A DNA stretch of 51,185 nt from Rozella allomycis CSF55 (taxonomy: Eukaryota): positions 62,001-113,185 of the forward strand of contig KE560903.1 in assembly GCA_000442015.1 (NCBI GenBank), written 5' to 3'. A program made the position numbers and the translations under genes. This document shows positions 1-11,471 of this stretch, one piece after another; the stretch's first letter is position 1; every line of letters starts with the position of its first letter. The notes beneath the pieces are model-generated. The model saw only the letters and a list, made by a program, of their open reading frames with translations. It was not told where the DNA came from and did no database searches.

Positions 1-2
1 GC

Positions 3-1430
3 CCATACCTAATTCAATTTCTGATTGCGACTGCTTGCGATAAATTGCTGAGCATAAATTTTTGTTTGGATATCCTCGAAAACAGAGATGACTGGGAAGA
101 GTTCGCTTGCTTTCTGAATTTCACAAATCAAAAAGACACTTCTCAAAAATGTGTTAACTATGCATTCCAGTTTGTATGCCGCTATAATCTTATGCATGTA
201 ATCCAGGATGGGGCAACGAGTGTCAGCAGTAACCGCAAGTTATTTGGTGTTGATGAAGGTTTTCAACCCGATCCGTCAGGAGACAAAACCTATGCAAATA
301 AATTATCTGCCAGAAATATGAGAATTAGAAACCAGATACTTAACTATAGTTTGGCAAAATCAGTGATTGACAATAGTGGTGTTAATGCAGCCTTCTTTAT
401 CGCTTGCGAAAATGGTCATATGGATATTGTCAAAATTTTACTTCAAGATTTTAGAGTTGATCCAAGTGCAAATAACAATTACGCTATTCGTCGCGCGTCC
501 TATATAGGCCGTTCAGACGTTGTCAAACTTTTACTTCAAGATTTTAGAGTTGATCCAAGTGCAAATGACAATCATGCTATTCGTAACGCGTCCGTGAGAG
601 GCTGTTCAGACGTTGTCAAACTTTTACTTCAAGATTTTAGAGTTGATCCAAGTGCGGATAACAATTACGCTATTCGTCGCGCGTCCGAGAGAGGTCATTC
701 AGACGTTGTCAAACTTTTACTTCAAGATTTTAGAGTTGATCCAAGTGCGGATAACAATTACGCTATTCGTAGCGCGTCCGAGAGAGGTCATTCAGACGTT
801 GTCAAACGTTTACTTCAAGATTTTAGAGTTGATCCAAGTGCGGATAACAATTACGCTATTCGTTGCGCGTCCGAGAGAGGCTATTCAGATGTTGTTCAAC
901 TTTTACTTCAAGATTCTAGAGTTGATCCAAGTGCAGATAACAATTACGCTATCCGAAATTCTACCGCCAATGCCCAAGTAGAGGTCGTCAAAAATTTACT
1001 GGTAGATCCTAGAGTAGACCCAACTGTGAACAAAAATTATTGTATTCGAAAGGCTTCCGAAAGGGGTCATACAGAAGTTGTCGAACTTTTACTTCAAGAT
1101 CCTAGGGTAGACCCAACTGCGAAAAAAAATTATTGTATTCGAAAGGCTTCCACAAAAGCTCACACAGATGTCGTCAAAATTTTACTGACAGATCCTAGAG
1201 TTGATCCAAGTGCAGATAACAATTACGCTATTCGTTGGGCTTCCAAACAAGGACATGCGGATGTTGTCAAACTTTTACTTCAAGATTTTAGAGTTGATCC
1301 AAATGCACATGATAATTTCGCCATTCGCCGTGCTTCTGAAGAAGGCAATGCAGATGTTGTAAAACTTTTGCTTTCAGATCCCAGAGTAGATTCAAGCCTA
1401 GCGGATTCGCCGATTCATCTTTTTTGGTGA
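3..1430 (+). CDS. Ankyrin-repeat protein (VDPSAxNNYAIRxAS..GH.DVVKLLL.D.R type), 5'-truncated by window edge
   Basis: Frame is open from position 3 (PYLIQFL...) to TGA at 1428-1430; ten tandem 31-aa ankyrin-like units; no introns. Confidence 0.9.
   Translation, partial: PYLIQFLIATACDKLLSINFCLDILENRDDWEEFACFLNFTNQKDTSQKCVNYAFQFVCRYNLMHVIQDGATSVSSNRKLFGVDEGFQPDPSGDKTYANKLSARNMRIRNQILNYSLAKSVIDNSGVNAAFFIACENGHMDIVKILLQDFRVDPSANNNYAIRRASYIGRSDVVKLLLQDFRVDPSANDNHAIRNASVRGCSDVVKLLLQDFRVDPSADNNYAIRRASERGHSDVVKLLLQDFRVDPSADNNYAIRSASERGHSDVVKRLLQDFRVDPSADNNYAIRCASERGYSDVVQLLLQDSRVDPSADNNYAIRNSTANAQVEVVKNLLVDPRVDPTVNKNYCIRKASERGHTEVVELLLQDPRVDPTAKKNYCIRKASTKAHTDVVKILLTDPRVDPSADNNYAIRWASKQGHADVVKLLLQDFRVDPNAHDNFAIRRASEEGNADVVKLLLSDPRVDSSLADSPIHLFW
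456..1385 (+). repeat. Coding tandem repeat, 10 x 93 bp ankyrin units
   Basis: TTAGAGTTGATCCAAGTGC recurs at 451, 544, 637 etc. (93-bp period); units 3-5 are nearly identical at DNA level. Confidence 0.95.
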
Positions 1431-1708
1431 AGGTAGTGTAGAATTGTGATAAAATAAATTACCAAAAATTAACATTAAACATAGCGATTTATTTCCTATG
1501 TAGTAAAATTTAAGCCAAAGGTTGATATTTTGGGCAACTATTTGTTTGTTTTGTGTTCTATGTTTGATAGAACAAAACACAAATAGTTTTTTAATGTGCG
1601 GAGCCCTTTGTAATGCATATTTAAAGTATAAAAATCAAAACTTTGGTCTTATTCTATTTTTAAATTGAGTTTTTGCACTTGGTATTTCTGAATACATGAA
1701 TTATTCTT

Positions 1709-1980
1709 GAAGTTAGTCAGCCTTGCCTGTATGCCAATGTTTTTGTTCTCTTCGCCAAAATAACTGGCGAAACCCGAGATGAACTATCGAAGCTTCGACG
1801 CTGACCAGAAGTCCAGAATATGTTTCGAGTCAGCGTCGAAACCGCATAGTCATAATAATTCATTTTGTTACAGATCTTAATTCTTGTAACACATTGATGA
1901 GATTATCTTCAAGCTGGTTCAAGCAAAACAACTTCTGACTAGCTTCGAAGCGTCCATCGTTCATAGCCCGTAAAGCCATA
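1709..1980 (-). ncRNA. Candidate structured non-coding RNA or structured element, family unidentified
   Basis: Nested stems: 1709-1720/1935-1946, 1721-1729/1920-1928, 1734-1740/1891-1897, 1751-1758/1764-1771, perfect 12 bp 1794-1805/1829-1840, 1866-1874/1882-1891, and hairpin 1962-1980. Most mismatches become G-U pairs on the minus strand. Confidence 0.5.
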
Positions 1981-2119
1981 GAGATTCTGTTATGTTTAAT
2001 AAAGAAGGCATCTTTTGTCTTTATCAACACTTTTATAATTTATATTAAGCAATTTTTGTCCTGTTTGTCTGCAGTATAATGCAAGTCCAGCCATTAACCA
2101 GGGTAGGAGAGAAAAAAGT

Positions 2120-5100
2120 ATGGACATTTCAAAGCCGACTTTCCGCTCTGCGCGCAGTGTGAATTTCCGTTTCTACACGCAAGACGAGATTAAAAAGATA
2201 TCTGTAAAGCAGATAACGAATCCGATAATGTTTGACAACCTAGGTCATGTGATACCTAACGGTTTGTATGATGCGTCTCTTGGTCCCGTTGATAAATTCG
2301 GAGTGTAAATAGAAATAATTTAATTTATGTAGGTGTCAGACGTGTAATTTGAATGCGGCAATGTGTCCTGGACATTTTGGACATATAGAGTTGCCTGTGC
2401 CGTGTTATAATCCGGTTGTGTTTGCAGAGATGTTTAGACTGTTGAGGGCTATGTGTGTGCATTGTCATAGGTTTAGACATGATGATATGCATACCAGTTT
2501 GCTGAATGCGAAATTGAGTTTGTTGAATAAGGGCAAGGTGATTCATGCGTTGGAATTGGATGCGAAATTGGCAGCGATTATGGAGGATGATAGTGATAAA
2601 GTGAATGCGATTGAGATGTTGGAACAGTATGTGATTGAGGCGCTTGCGACTAATAATGATGAGGAAGTGAAGAATAGTATGATTTCGACGTATAGGAAGC
2701 AGTTTGTGGATGAGTTTATGAAGAGAATCAATAAAAAATGTCATCATTGTGGTGCCTTTGCGTGTTCGTTTAGAAAGGAAGGGACCAAGATATACAAGTT
2801 GCCGTTGAGTATTAAGAATCAAGTGATTATGAGACAAAAGGGACTTGATGGAGATATATTGTCGAAAAAAGGACTTTTAGAAGAAGAGGACGAGGATATG
2901 GAAGAAGAGCCAGAAGATTTGGATGAGGAAGAGATTGTTAAGGGAAAGACGAAAACGAAGCCAGAGTTTCAAACGTCGTTTCATGTTTATGAACATTTCA
3001 AGAGATTTTGGGTGAATGAACAATCTGTATTAGATTTGATGTTTTCTAGTTCGACGTTTGTGAAATCTAGTCATGAGATGATGTTTGTGAAATATTTGGT
3101 TGTGCCACCTAATAGATTTAGACCTGTGAGTGTTATGGGAGATCAAAAGTTTGATCATCCACAGAATACGTATCTGTCTAGCATTTTAAAGTTGAATTTG
3201 AGGTTGAAGGAGATTAGTTCAAACAAGGAAGAGTTTACACAGATGATTAATATTGGAAATGCAATTCAAGAGCAAGTGAATGGATTGTTTGATTCAAGCA
3301 AAGTGACAAGAAATGCAAAGAATGCACCGCCTGGGATTAAGCAGATATTGGAAAAGAAGGAAGGATTGTTTAGAAAACATATGATGGGAAAAAGAGTTAA
3401 CTTTGCAGCTAGATCTGTGATATCGCCTGATCCTAATATAGATACAAATGAGATTGGGATACCGATGGTTTTTGCAAAGAAATTAACGTATCCAGAGCCT
3501 GTGACAGCGTATAATGTGAATGAGATGAGAGAAGCCGTGATAAGAGGAAGCAATGAGTATCCAGGAGCTACTCAAGTGATAGAAGAAGATGGGACATTGA
3601 TAAATTTAACAAACATGTCAGAGGAAGGAAGAAAAGCTGTTGCTAATAAATTGATGTTGTCTGGGTCAACGACTAATAAGAAAGTATGTAGACATTTGAA
3701 GAATGGAGATGTATTGTTGGTGAATAGACAGCCGACACTTCATAAACCATCTATTATGGCGCATGTAGCTAGAGTGTTGCCTAATGAGAAGACTATTAGG
3801 ATGCATTACGCTAATTGTAATACATATAATGCAGATTTTGATGGTGATGAGATGAATTTACATTTCCCACAGAATGAGGTTGCTAGAGCTGAAGCGTATA
3901 CAATTGCTAATACGGATAATCAATATTTGGTACCAACTGATGGAAATCCACTGAGAGGGTTGATTCAAGACCATGTAGTTACAGGAGTGTTGATGACTAT
4001 GAAAGATACATTTTTTACTAGACAAGAGTATCAGCAGTTATTGTGTGGTAGTTTGCCAAGATCAATGGAAGGTGAGATTGTGACTAAACCTCCTGCGATG
4101 ATTAAGCCTGTGCCAAGATGGACAGGAAAGCAAGTGATTAGTACATTGTTGTTGAATTTGACGCGTGGAAGACCGCAGATGAATTTGAAGAGTAAATCCA
4201 AAGTGCCCAAGAGGATCTGGAAGGGATTTGAAGATGAAGCTGAGATTATATTTATGCAAGGAGAGTTGGTTTCAGGAGCGATCGACAAGAGTCAGTTTGG
4301 AGCCTCTGGATATGGAATGGTACATGTAAGATAGAAATTGAATTTTCATTGTAGAGTTGTTATGAATTGTATGGGGCAGATATAGCGGGCAAGTTGTTGA
4401 CTAGTCTTGGAAGATTATTTACTAAATATTTGCAAATGATCGGATTTACATGCAGAATGGATGATTTGATAGTCAAGAAGGAGTATGATGATCATAGAAA
4501 AGAATTGATAAAGAATTCATTTAAAGAGGGAAAGAGTACGTTGGAGAAGTATTTTAAGACGAATGAATTTAAGAGTGAATATGAAAAGGCATTGTTGAAT
4601 GATGAGAAGCAGAAAGAGATTGATGGGGTTATGAAGAGATCAGCTGGCAAAGTGACATCGTCTATTATTGAGCATATTTTGCCTAATGGACAGATGCGAC
4701 CCTTTCCATGGAACAATATGGCGTTGATGACTTTATCTGGAGCCAAGGGCAGCAATGTTAATTTCTCACAAATATCTGGGTTGCTTGGACAGCAGGAATT
4801 GGAGGGAAGAAGAGTTCCAATAATGATATCAGGCAGATCATTGCCATCGTTTGAGCCATATGATACAACGTTGCGATCAGGAGGGTTTATTACGCAGAGA
4901 TTTTTAACAGGGATTAGACCGCAAGAGTATTTTTTCCATTGTATGGCTGGTAGAGAAGGATTGATAGATACAGCTGTAAAGACATCTAGATCAGGGTATT
5001 TGCAAAGATGTTTGGGAAAGCATTTGGAAGGCATCAAGGTGAATTATGATTATTCAGTTAGAAACTATGATGGAAGTATTTTGCAATTTTATTATGGTGA

Positions 5101-6888
5101 TGATGCGTTGGATGTAACAAAGCAAAAGCATTTGAAGCAATTTGAATTTTGTGCGAATAATTTTGAAGCGTTGTTGGCGAGAGTTAATACGCAAGTTTTA
5201 GATTTTATTGACAATAAGAGGGCTTTGAAATATAATAAGAATAATAAGGATAAGAGTAGTGATCCTGTGATGAATAAATATAATCCGTGCAAGTATTTGT
5301 CTAGTGTTTCTGAATTGTTTTATGAAGAGTTGGAAGAATATATCAAGCAAGTTAAACAAGAAAGTGGAAGTGTAAGTGGAGAAAAGGGTAGTCATCAGGG
5401 TGATAAGGGTTCTCAACAACATCAAGATAAGAGTTCTCATCAACATCAAGAAAAGAGTTCTCATCATCATCGCTCAAAGGATGATTTGGTGCTAAAGTTT
5501 AATGGATCAACATTGAAAGAGAAACAATTTAGAGCATTGATGTGGTTAAAGTATATTAAATCGCTTGTAGAGCCAGGTGAAGCTGTGGGTATTTTAGCAG
5601 CACAGTCAGTTGGAGAACCATCTACACAAATGACGTTGAATACATTTCATTTTGCAGGGTTTGGAGCTAAGAATGTTACGTTGGGTATTCCACGTTTGAG
5701 AGAAATAGTAATGACAGCATCAAAGTCTATTAAAACACCAACAATGACATTGGAAATGAAACAAAATCTATCAATTGAAGAAATAAATGAATTCTGTAAA
5801 AATTCAAGTCAATTGACTCTTTTTGAATGTTTAAAATCAATCAAAGTTAAAGAAAATTTATTAAATCAAAATGGAAAAAGATTTAAAATCTATAAAATTC
5901 AATTGGAAATTATTGATTCATCTAAAAAGAAATTAATTGAAAAAGTTATTCAATCTAAATTCATTAATATTCTATTAAATCTGTTAAGAAAAACTTCAAA
6001 GAATATTCATGATGTTGAAATTAATTCTATTAAAGATACAATGGTTACTACAAATAACAATGAAGATGATGATGATCAAGTTAAAAGAAAAGAATTAGTC
6101 ACTTATGAAGAAGGTGATGATGAAAGAGAAGGTGAAGATATTGGAGAAGTGGAAAGAGAAATGGAAAAAGAAAAGGAAATGGGTGAAGATGCTAATGCTA
6201 CTCTCACCCTCGAAGATAATAACTCCATTTTAAAGAAAGAATTTGTTCATGGTTACTCTTTCACTTCAAATGTTTGCTCTATTGAATTGGCATTCTCTGC
6301 AGATTCTCCTAAAATATTAATCTTGGAATTGGTTGAAAAATCTGTAAAGAAAACAATCGTCTCTGAAATTCCAAACATCACTAGAGTCTATCCAATTGAA
6401 AATGAAGCATCAAACGATCAAACTGTAATCAATTTCATTTCACTTAATCATAGAAAAGAGTCGCTACTGAAGGTGTAAACTTTAAAGGTATCTGGGACCA
6501 CTTTGACTTGATCAACTTGAACTCTATCTACACAAACGACATCTACTCAATCCTCACCACTTTCGGTGTGGAAGCTGCTAGAAACGCTTTGATGAAAGAA
6601 ATAGGCTCTGTGTTCGGTGTTTACGGTATCTCTGTGGATCCAAGACACTTGTCCCTCATCTCTGACTACATGACCTTTGAAGGTGGCTACAAACCATTCA
6701 ACAGAATGGGCATGGAAAATAACACCTCTCCATTCCTCAAAATGTCATTTGAAACTACATTTGGATTCTTGAAACAAGCAGTACTGTCAAATGATATCGA
6801 TCTCTTGGATTCTCCTTCAGCTCAAATTGTTATGGGTCAACCTGTAAAAGGTGGTACTGGTTCTTTCGATATCAGATACTCTATCTAA
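2120..6888 (+). CDS. RPA1: DNA-directed RNA polymerase I largest subunit (4 exons)
   Basis: [37 protein letters not shown] catalytic motif, [12 protein letters not shown]; no CTD. GT-AG introns at 2305-2332, 4326-4354 and 6425-6453 join the four ORF pieces in frame. Confidence 0.97.
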
Positions 6889-7007
6889 TAAACGTCATTA
6901 TTTAACTTGAAATTTTTGTCGTTGAACTTTAAAGTTGTTTAAAATAGTTTATTTAAAACTTATTAATTTTAATGCTACTTGGTTCCATTAATGTTATTAT
7001 ACAAAAT

Positions 7008-7486
7008 CTACAATTCTTCAATTAGTCTCTTCATGTCCTCTTCTTCAACAGAGGCTGATTCTCCATTCGATTCCTCGTCATCATCTTCACTCTCACCCTC
7101 TTTGAATATAGTATCCAACAAAAATTCAGTCAAACTAGTCTTCTCTCCTTTCATCCCATCTATACCCACTACTTCCTCACCCTCCCCATCTATTTCATCT
7201 TCACCTCCATGCTCATCTCCACCCTCACTTCCATACAACCCCAGCCCCAAATTCATCTCAATATACGGCCTCCCATCCCCCACATCCTCAACCTCATCTC
7301 CGCCAATCTCACTCTTCCCAACCCCCTCTCTCAACTCTTCATTCGCCTTTTTCATCCTCGGCAGAAACTCTTCCAGCCTTTTCAAAACTATAAAATTCAC
7401 TTGTAATTATTACTGGAATTGGAAAAATCGGGGCGCTCCGTGCGCGTTACTGGTGCGCCGTCGACTTGCATTACTACTTTTTTCAT
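7008..7486 (-). CDS. DUF4598 / C12orf45 (NOPCHAP1)-like acidic protein
   Basis: LEEFLPRMKKANEEL...PYIEMNLGLG motif; ATG at 7486, 26-nt GT-AG intron 7388-7413. Confidence 0.75.
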
Positions 7487-7540
7487 GTGGCAGAGCAGCT
7501 AATTTTAGAACATGTTGGAATTGTTTTAATTGTTTTAGAT

Positions 7541-8396
7541 AGATTAATCTGATAAACTAATAAACATTGAGTAAGTTAAATGTATTAATAAAATTGCTAG
7601 GTTTTAGATTTCAGAATTAAGTGACTAAATATTTATATTTATTTAATATCATTTTTTGATATAGACGANGAAACTTGGAAAGTCATGATCCGGACCATAT
7701 TTTTTCGATTGCGAATCTTTTTCAAAATGAATTTGGATAACATTTTTCCCAGCAATTCCTAATTCACAGGCATTTTACTTGTTTCTTATTGACATAATTT
7801 CATGAACCTTCGTAGAAAACGAATTTTGTACTATATTCATGAAGCCTTCAAGAGAAATTTGTCTCGCCTTGATTAACTCAGAACATTTAATTAATCAATA
7901 AAAAAGATGATATATTTAAAAAAAATACTCGTTTGAAGTCCTGGAAATATGAGACGACAATGGTACCCCTATCAATGTTGCCTTGGGAATAGACACAATG
8001 TCCAAATTGGGTATAGTTACCTTGAATTTTTAATATCACAGAGTTTAGTACTTATGGGTTTAGTCCCTAATTGTTTCCAACAATATCATCATAATAAAAC
8101 AAGTTGTTTTATTATGATGATATCCGAGTACCCGAGAATCGTCTCATGCAGGTCTCTAAAAACAACGGAATAGTAAAATAAAACAATCTGTAGTGTATTG
8201 TATACTAAAAAAGCGTGAATTGGTAGTAGGCATTTGTCAAAAACAAGATTAATCTGGTAAACTAATAAACAGTAGTAAGTTAATATATCAATATGAGCTT
8301 TAGCAAATACAACTGGTAGGTTTTGCAATTTTCAGATTTCAGAATTAAGCGACTAAATATTTATATTTATTTAATATCATTTTTTGATATAGACGA
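7541..8396. repeat. Imperfect direct duplication (7541-7668 vs 8246-8396) spanning an N join at 7669
   Basis: 63 nt with 1 mismatch (7606-7668 vs 8334-8396, includes the PPR gene 3' end), plus more diverged similarity upstream. Confidence 0.85.
8083..8123. repeat. Perfect 41-nt palindrome (20-bp arms, 1-nt spacer)
   Basis: ATATCATCATAATAAAACAA-G-TTGTTTTATTATGATGATAT. Confidence 0.95.
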
Positions 8397-10676
8397 CTTC
8401 TTTTTCCAATAAAGTTGGTCCAGTTTTACTAGAAGCGCCTTTTCGTTACCCTTTTTCAGATACATTATTGCAAGATCAAATGCAGTGTCATATACAGAGT
8501 TGATAATGGACAGAAATTGGTAAATGAGATGAAACTCGCCATTTTTCCCTAAAATATCAACAACCGCTTCAGCCTCGTCTCTTTTAGCCAACAAGAGTTT
8601 ATCAGTCACCGTGGATCTGAATTCTTGGTAGAAGGGCAATTCTTTTGGCATTTTGGAAGAAGCAATGTAGCAAATGGCAGCAACGTTATATGAAAATTTA
8701 ATACCTAATGCTTCAGTGACTGTGTTCTTCCAGAAATTGTTGATTGTTGACCAATGGCCATGAGCCATGCACGTTTTCATCAACTCTACAAGAATGACAG
8801 TGGTGGGTTTGACATTGTTTGACTCCATTTCTTTAAGAAGATGCAAAATATCTTCCAATGATGAATATAGTTTAGCGTACAAGGGAAATAACAGTTCATA
8901 CGTTTTCCTGTCTGGCTTTATTCCACTTTCAATCATTCGATTGTACAATGCGTATCCCTCTTTTGCCAATCCCTTGTTGGTATAAACTTGAAGGAGAACG
9001 TTAAATGAGGTGCAAGTTAGTTGGATGTTGCTGTCAGACATTTCTTTAATGACTTTGAATAGATTCTCTTCATCGTTATTCTCAACTAAGCAAGATAATA
9101 GAGATTCATATGCTTCGACTCTCAACACTTGGCCTTCAACTTTGCGAGCTCTTTGATACAATTCTAGAGACTTTATGTGATTTTTAGTTTTAGAATAAGA
9201 TATTAAAACAGATTCTATTGCATTAAATCCAAGGTGAGCATTCACTGGCTCATCCAACTTTTCAAACATATCAATAACATCTTCATAGCTCTTTGTTTGA
9301 ACATCTGCAATCATTTTAGCACCAACAATTAAAGGTGAAGTTAAATAGACTTCTTTTTCTTTAAACAGCGAATCACAACATGGCTTGTTCTTGCAATTTC
9401 CATAAGCAATCAAAAGAGAAGACACCAATTCTGGGTTTAAATGTCTATTGGCTTGTGTTAAATGATGATGAAATTGTTTAACCATGTAAATGTCTCTCTT
9501 TTCTCCAAATGCTTCAATTAAAACACCAAACGCTTCACTTGAAATTCTAATCTTGTTCTTTCTAGTAGAAATGTAAAAATGATAAGCCTTTGCAACTAGA
9601 TTATTCTTAACTAGCCCATTAATCAAATAATAATATCCTTCTGCATTGAGTGGTATTCTGTCTTGTTTCATTTTTTCATTAAGTTCTAAAGCCTTTTCAA
9701 CTTGATTGGCTTCTAATAAAGCCCTCATCAGATAAATGTACGAATAAACAGATCTATCAATTCTATTATCCTTCATGTACTCTAACTTTGCGTACGCTTC
9801 GTCCCATAATGAACTTTCAGCGTACATTCTTATCATCAACTCGCATGTTATTTCATCATCTTCCATCTTCTCCGCTTTAATATATTTATAAATGACCATC
9901 GCCTCTTCCGTCTTTTTTCTGGTAACAAATCTCCCCAATAAGTAGTTATACACAGATATATCTAGCCTCGTATTAGCCGCCCTAAGGGTTTGTAAAAACT
10001 TTAACGCCAAATTCGAATTAGCTTCAAATAAACCAGCAAACATCGCCCTGTACAATGAAGCATTCATCTGCCATCCATTCTCTTTCATTATACCCAATAA
10101 ATTATCAGAATCTGTGATCATTCTAGTCTGTGCAAAGGCCTTTAACAAGGAAAACAACACATCTTCATTAAACAAATTCTCCTTTTTAATCAACTCGTAA
10201 TATTTCTTCAATAAAACAATATCGCCCCTACATCTCAAGGCTTCAATGATAATAGAAACCAACTTTTTCTTGGTTGGTGGATAAAACGGTTTGTCAAAAA
10301 ATCCAACTCCCTTTTCCAACAAATGATCAGCGATTATTGCAAATTCTTCTGATGAACATGCATATTTGGTAGACAAATAATCCAGCAGGTTTCGAATTGC
10401 TTCAATAGTAAACTTTGTCGAACGGTCTCCATTGAACATACCCTCAAACATTTGCACAGTATTCTCAGAACATGCTAATTTTAAGCGTCGCGTTAGTCTA
10501 CTCATTTCACGCTCCGTCAGAACAGGCAATTGCACATGGTTCACATTTGGCTTTGCTTTTGGTTGATATTGGTTGGCTACTGAAACTTTAATCGTTGTAG
10601 ACGCTAAATATCTTTGTCGCAATAAAATTAATCTGGGAACGGATCTAAAAATATTCAGGCTTGCAAATCGATGCAT
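8367..10676 (-). CDS. Pentatricopeptide-repeat (PPR) protein, probably mitochondrial
   Basis: Arg-rich, acid-free N-terminus; 35-aa helical repeats such as SFNVLLQVYTNKGLAKEGYALYNRMIESGIKPD; 769 aa, intronless. Confidence 0.9.
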   Translation of the reverse strand: MHRFASLNIFRSVPRLILLRQRYLASTTIKVSVANQYQPKAKPNVNHVQLPVLTEREMSRLTRRLKLACSENTVQMFEGMFNGDRSTKFTIEAIRNLLDYLSTKYACSSEEFAIIADHLLEKGVGFFDKPFYPPTKKKLVSIIIEALRCRGDIVLLKKYYELIKKENLFNEDVLFSLLKAFAQTRMITDSDNLLGIMKENGWQMNASLYRAMFAGLFEANSNLALKFLQTLRAANTRLDISVYNYLLGRFVTRKKTEEAMVIYKYIKAEKMEDDEITCELMIRMYAESSLWDEAYAKLEYMKDNRIDRSVYSYIYLMRALLEANQVEKALELNEKMKQDRIPLNAEGYYYLINGLVKNNLVAKAYHFYISTRKNKIRISSEAFGVLIEAFGEKRDIYMVKQFHHHLTQANRHLNPELVSSLLIAYGNCKNKPCCDSLFKEKEVYLTSPLIVGAKMIADVQTKSYEDVIDMFEKLDEPVNAHLGFNAIESVLISYSKTKNHIKSLELYQRARKVEGQVLRVEAYESLLSCLVENNDEENLFKVIKEMSDSNIQLTCTSFNVLLQVYTNKGLAKEGYALYNRMIESGIKPDRKTYELLFPLYAKLYSSLEDILHLLKEMESNNVKPTTVILVELMKTCMAHGHWSTINNFWKNTVTEALGIKFSYNVAAICYIASSKMPKELPFYQEFRSTVTDKLLLAKRDEAEAVVDILGKNGEFHLIYQFLSIINSVYDTAFDLAIMYLKKGNEKALLVKLDQLYWKKKSSISKNDIK

Positions 10677-10823
10677 TTGAAATTTCTAATTGCAAAACTT
10701 ACTAAACATGGAAATAATTTAAAAATTGATCCATTTTTAAGTATTTGGTTTTTATGAGAATGTGAGTTGTTTAAACATCAATTCAATATCTGTATCACCT
10801 TGAAATTTACAAGTGCACACTTG

Positions 10824-11458
10824 ATGTCAGTTATATTTCCACTTTCAAACTACTTTATCGGTGTAAAGGATATTGTGTCTGACGATTACTTGTCATCCAG
10901 GAAAAAGATAGAACAGTTAGAAAAAGACTATCCGACTTTGGGGCTCCATGTCTCAGTCGAAGCTGTTATAGTAGCACACGAACATAACCATCCCTTAATT
11001 TTCACGTTGAGAAAAGAATCTTCCACTAAATCTTATTTGTATGTATAATTTTTCAATTTTATAGACCAGGAGGATTCTTGAAAATAGGAGAAGATGAAGT
11101 TGAGGGACTGAAAAGAATTTTGAACGACTTGCTTGCCCCTGTTAATGAAACTATTGAGTGGGAGATTGGCGAAGTAATCTCACATTGGTGGAGGCCACAT
11201 TTTACTATGGACATGTATCCTTACCCCCTGCCTCATATTAAACAACAGAAAGAATTGAAGAAAGTGTTTCTGGTCGGATTGCCTGAAAAGTGTAAATGTC
11301 TTAGATGATTGTTATCCGTAGGTACTTTTTCAGTTCCTAAAGCGTTCAAGGTTGCAGCAGTGCCAATGATTGACGTGTATGAAAATAGGGCCAACTTTGG
11401 AGCGATAATATCGAGCATTCCTCATGTACTAAGTAGATTTCAATTTGTATTCGCATAA
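10824..11458 (+). CDS. NUDT21: Cleavage factor Im 25 kDa subunit (CPSF5)
   Basis: SVEAVIVAHEHNHP, LPGG.LK.GEDEVEGLKRIL, WWRPHF...YPY.LPHI; introns 11039-11064 and 11292-11321. Confidence 0.92.
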
Positions 11459-11471
11459 AGTTGAATCTTTA

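Noticed and set aside
456-1385. CRISPR-like or DGR-like repeat array
   Set aside because: Contiguous in-frame 93-bp coding repeats with no spacers, no cas or RT gene; eukaryotic context.
1880-1925. TPP riboswitch-like UGAAC...GAUAAU on the minus strand
   Set aside because: Lacks CUGAGA and GCG.AGG core motifs; no thiamine gene adjacent.
6979-7542. 187-aa Ser/Pro-rich + strand ORF and many other antisense ORFs in the track
   Set aside because: Shadows of real genes on the opposite strand caused by skewed composition.
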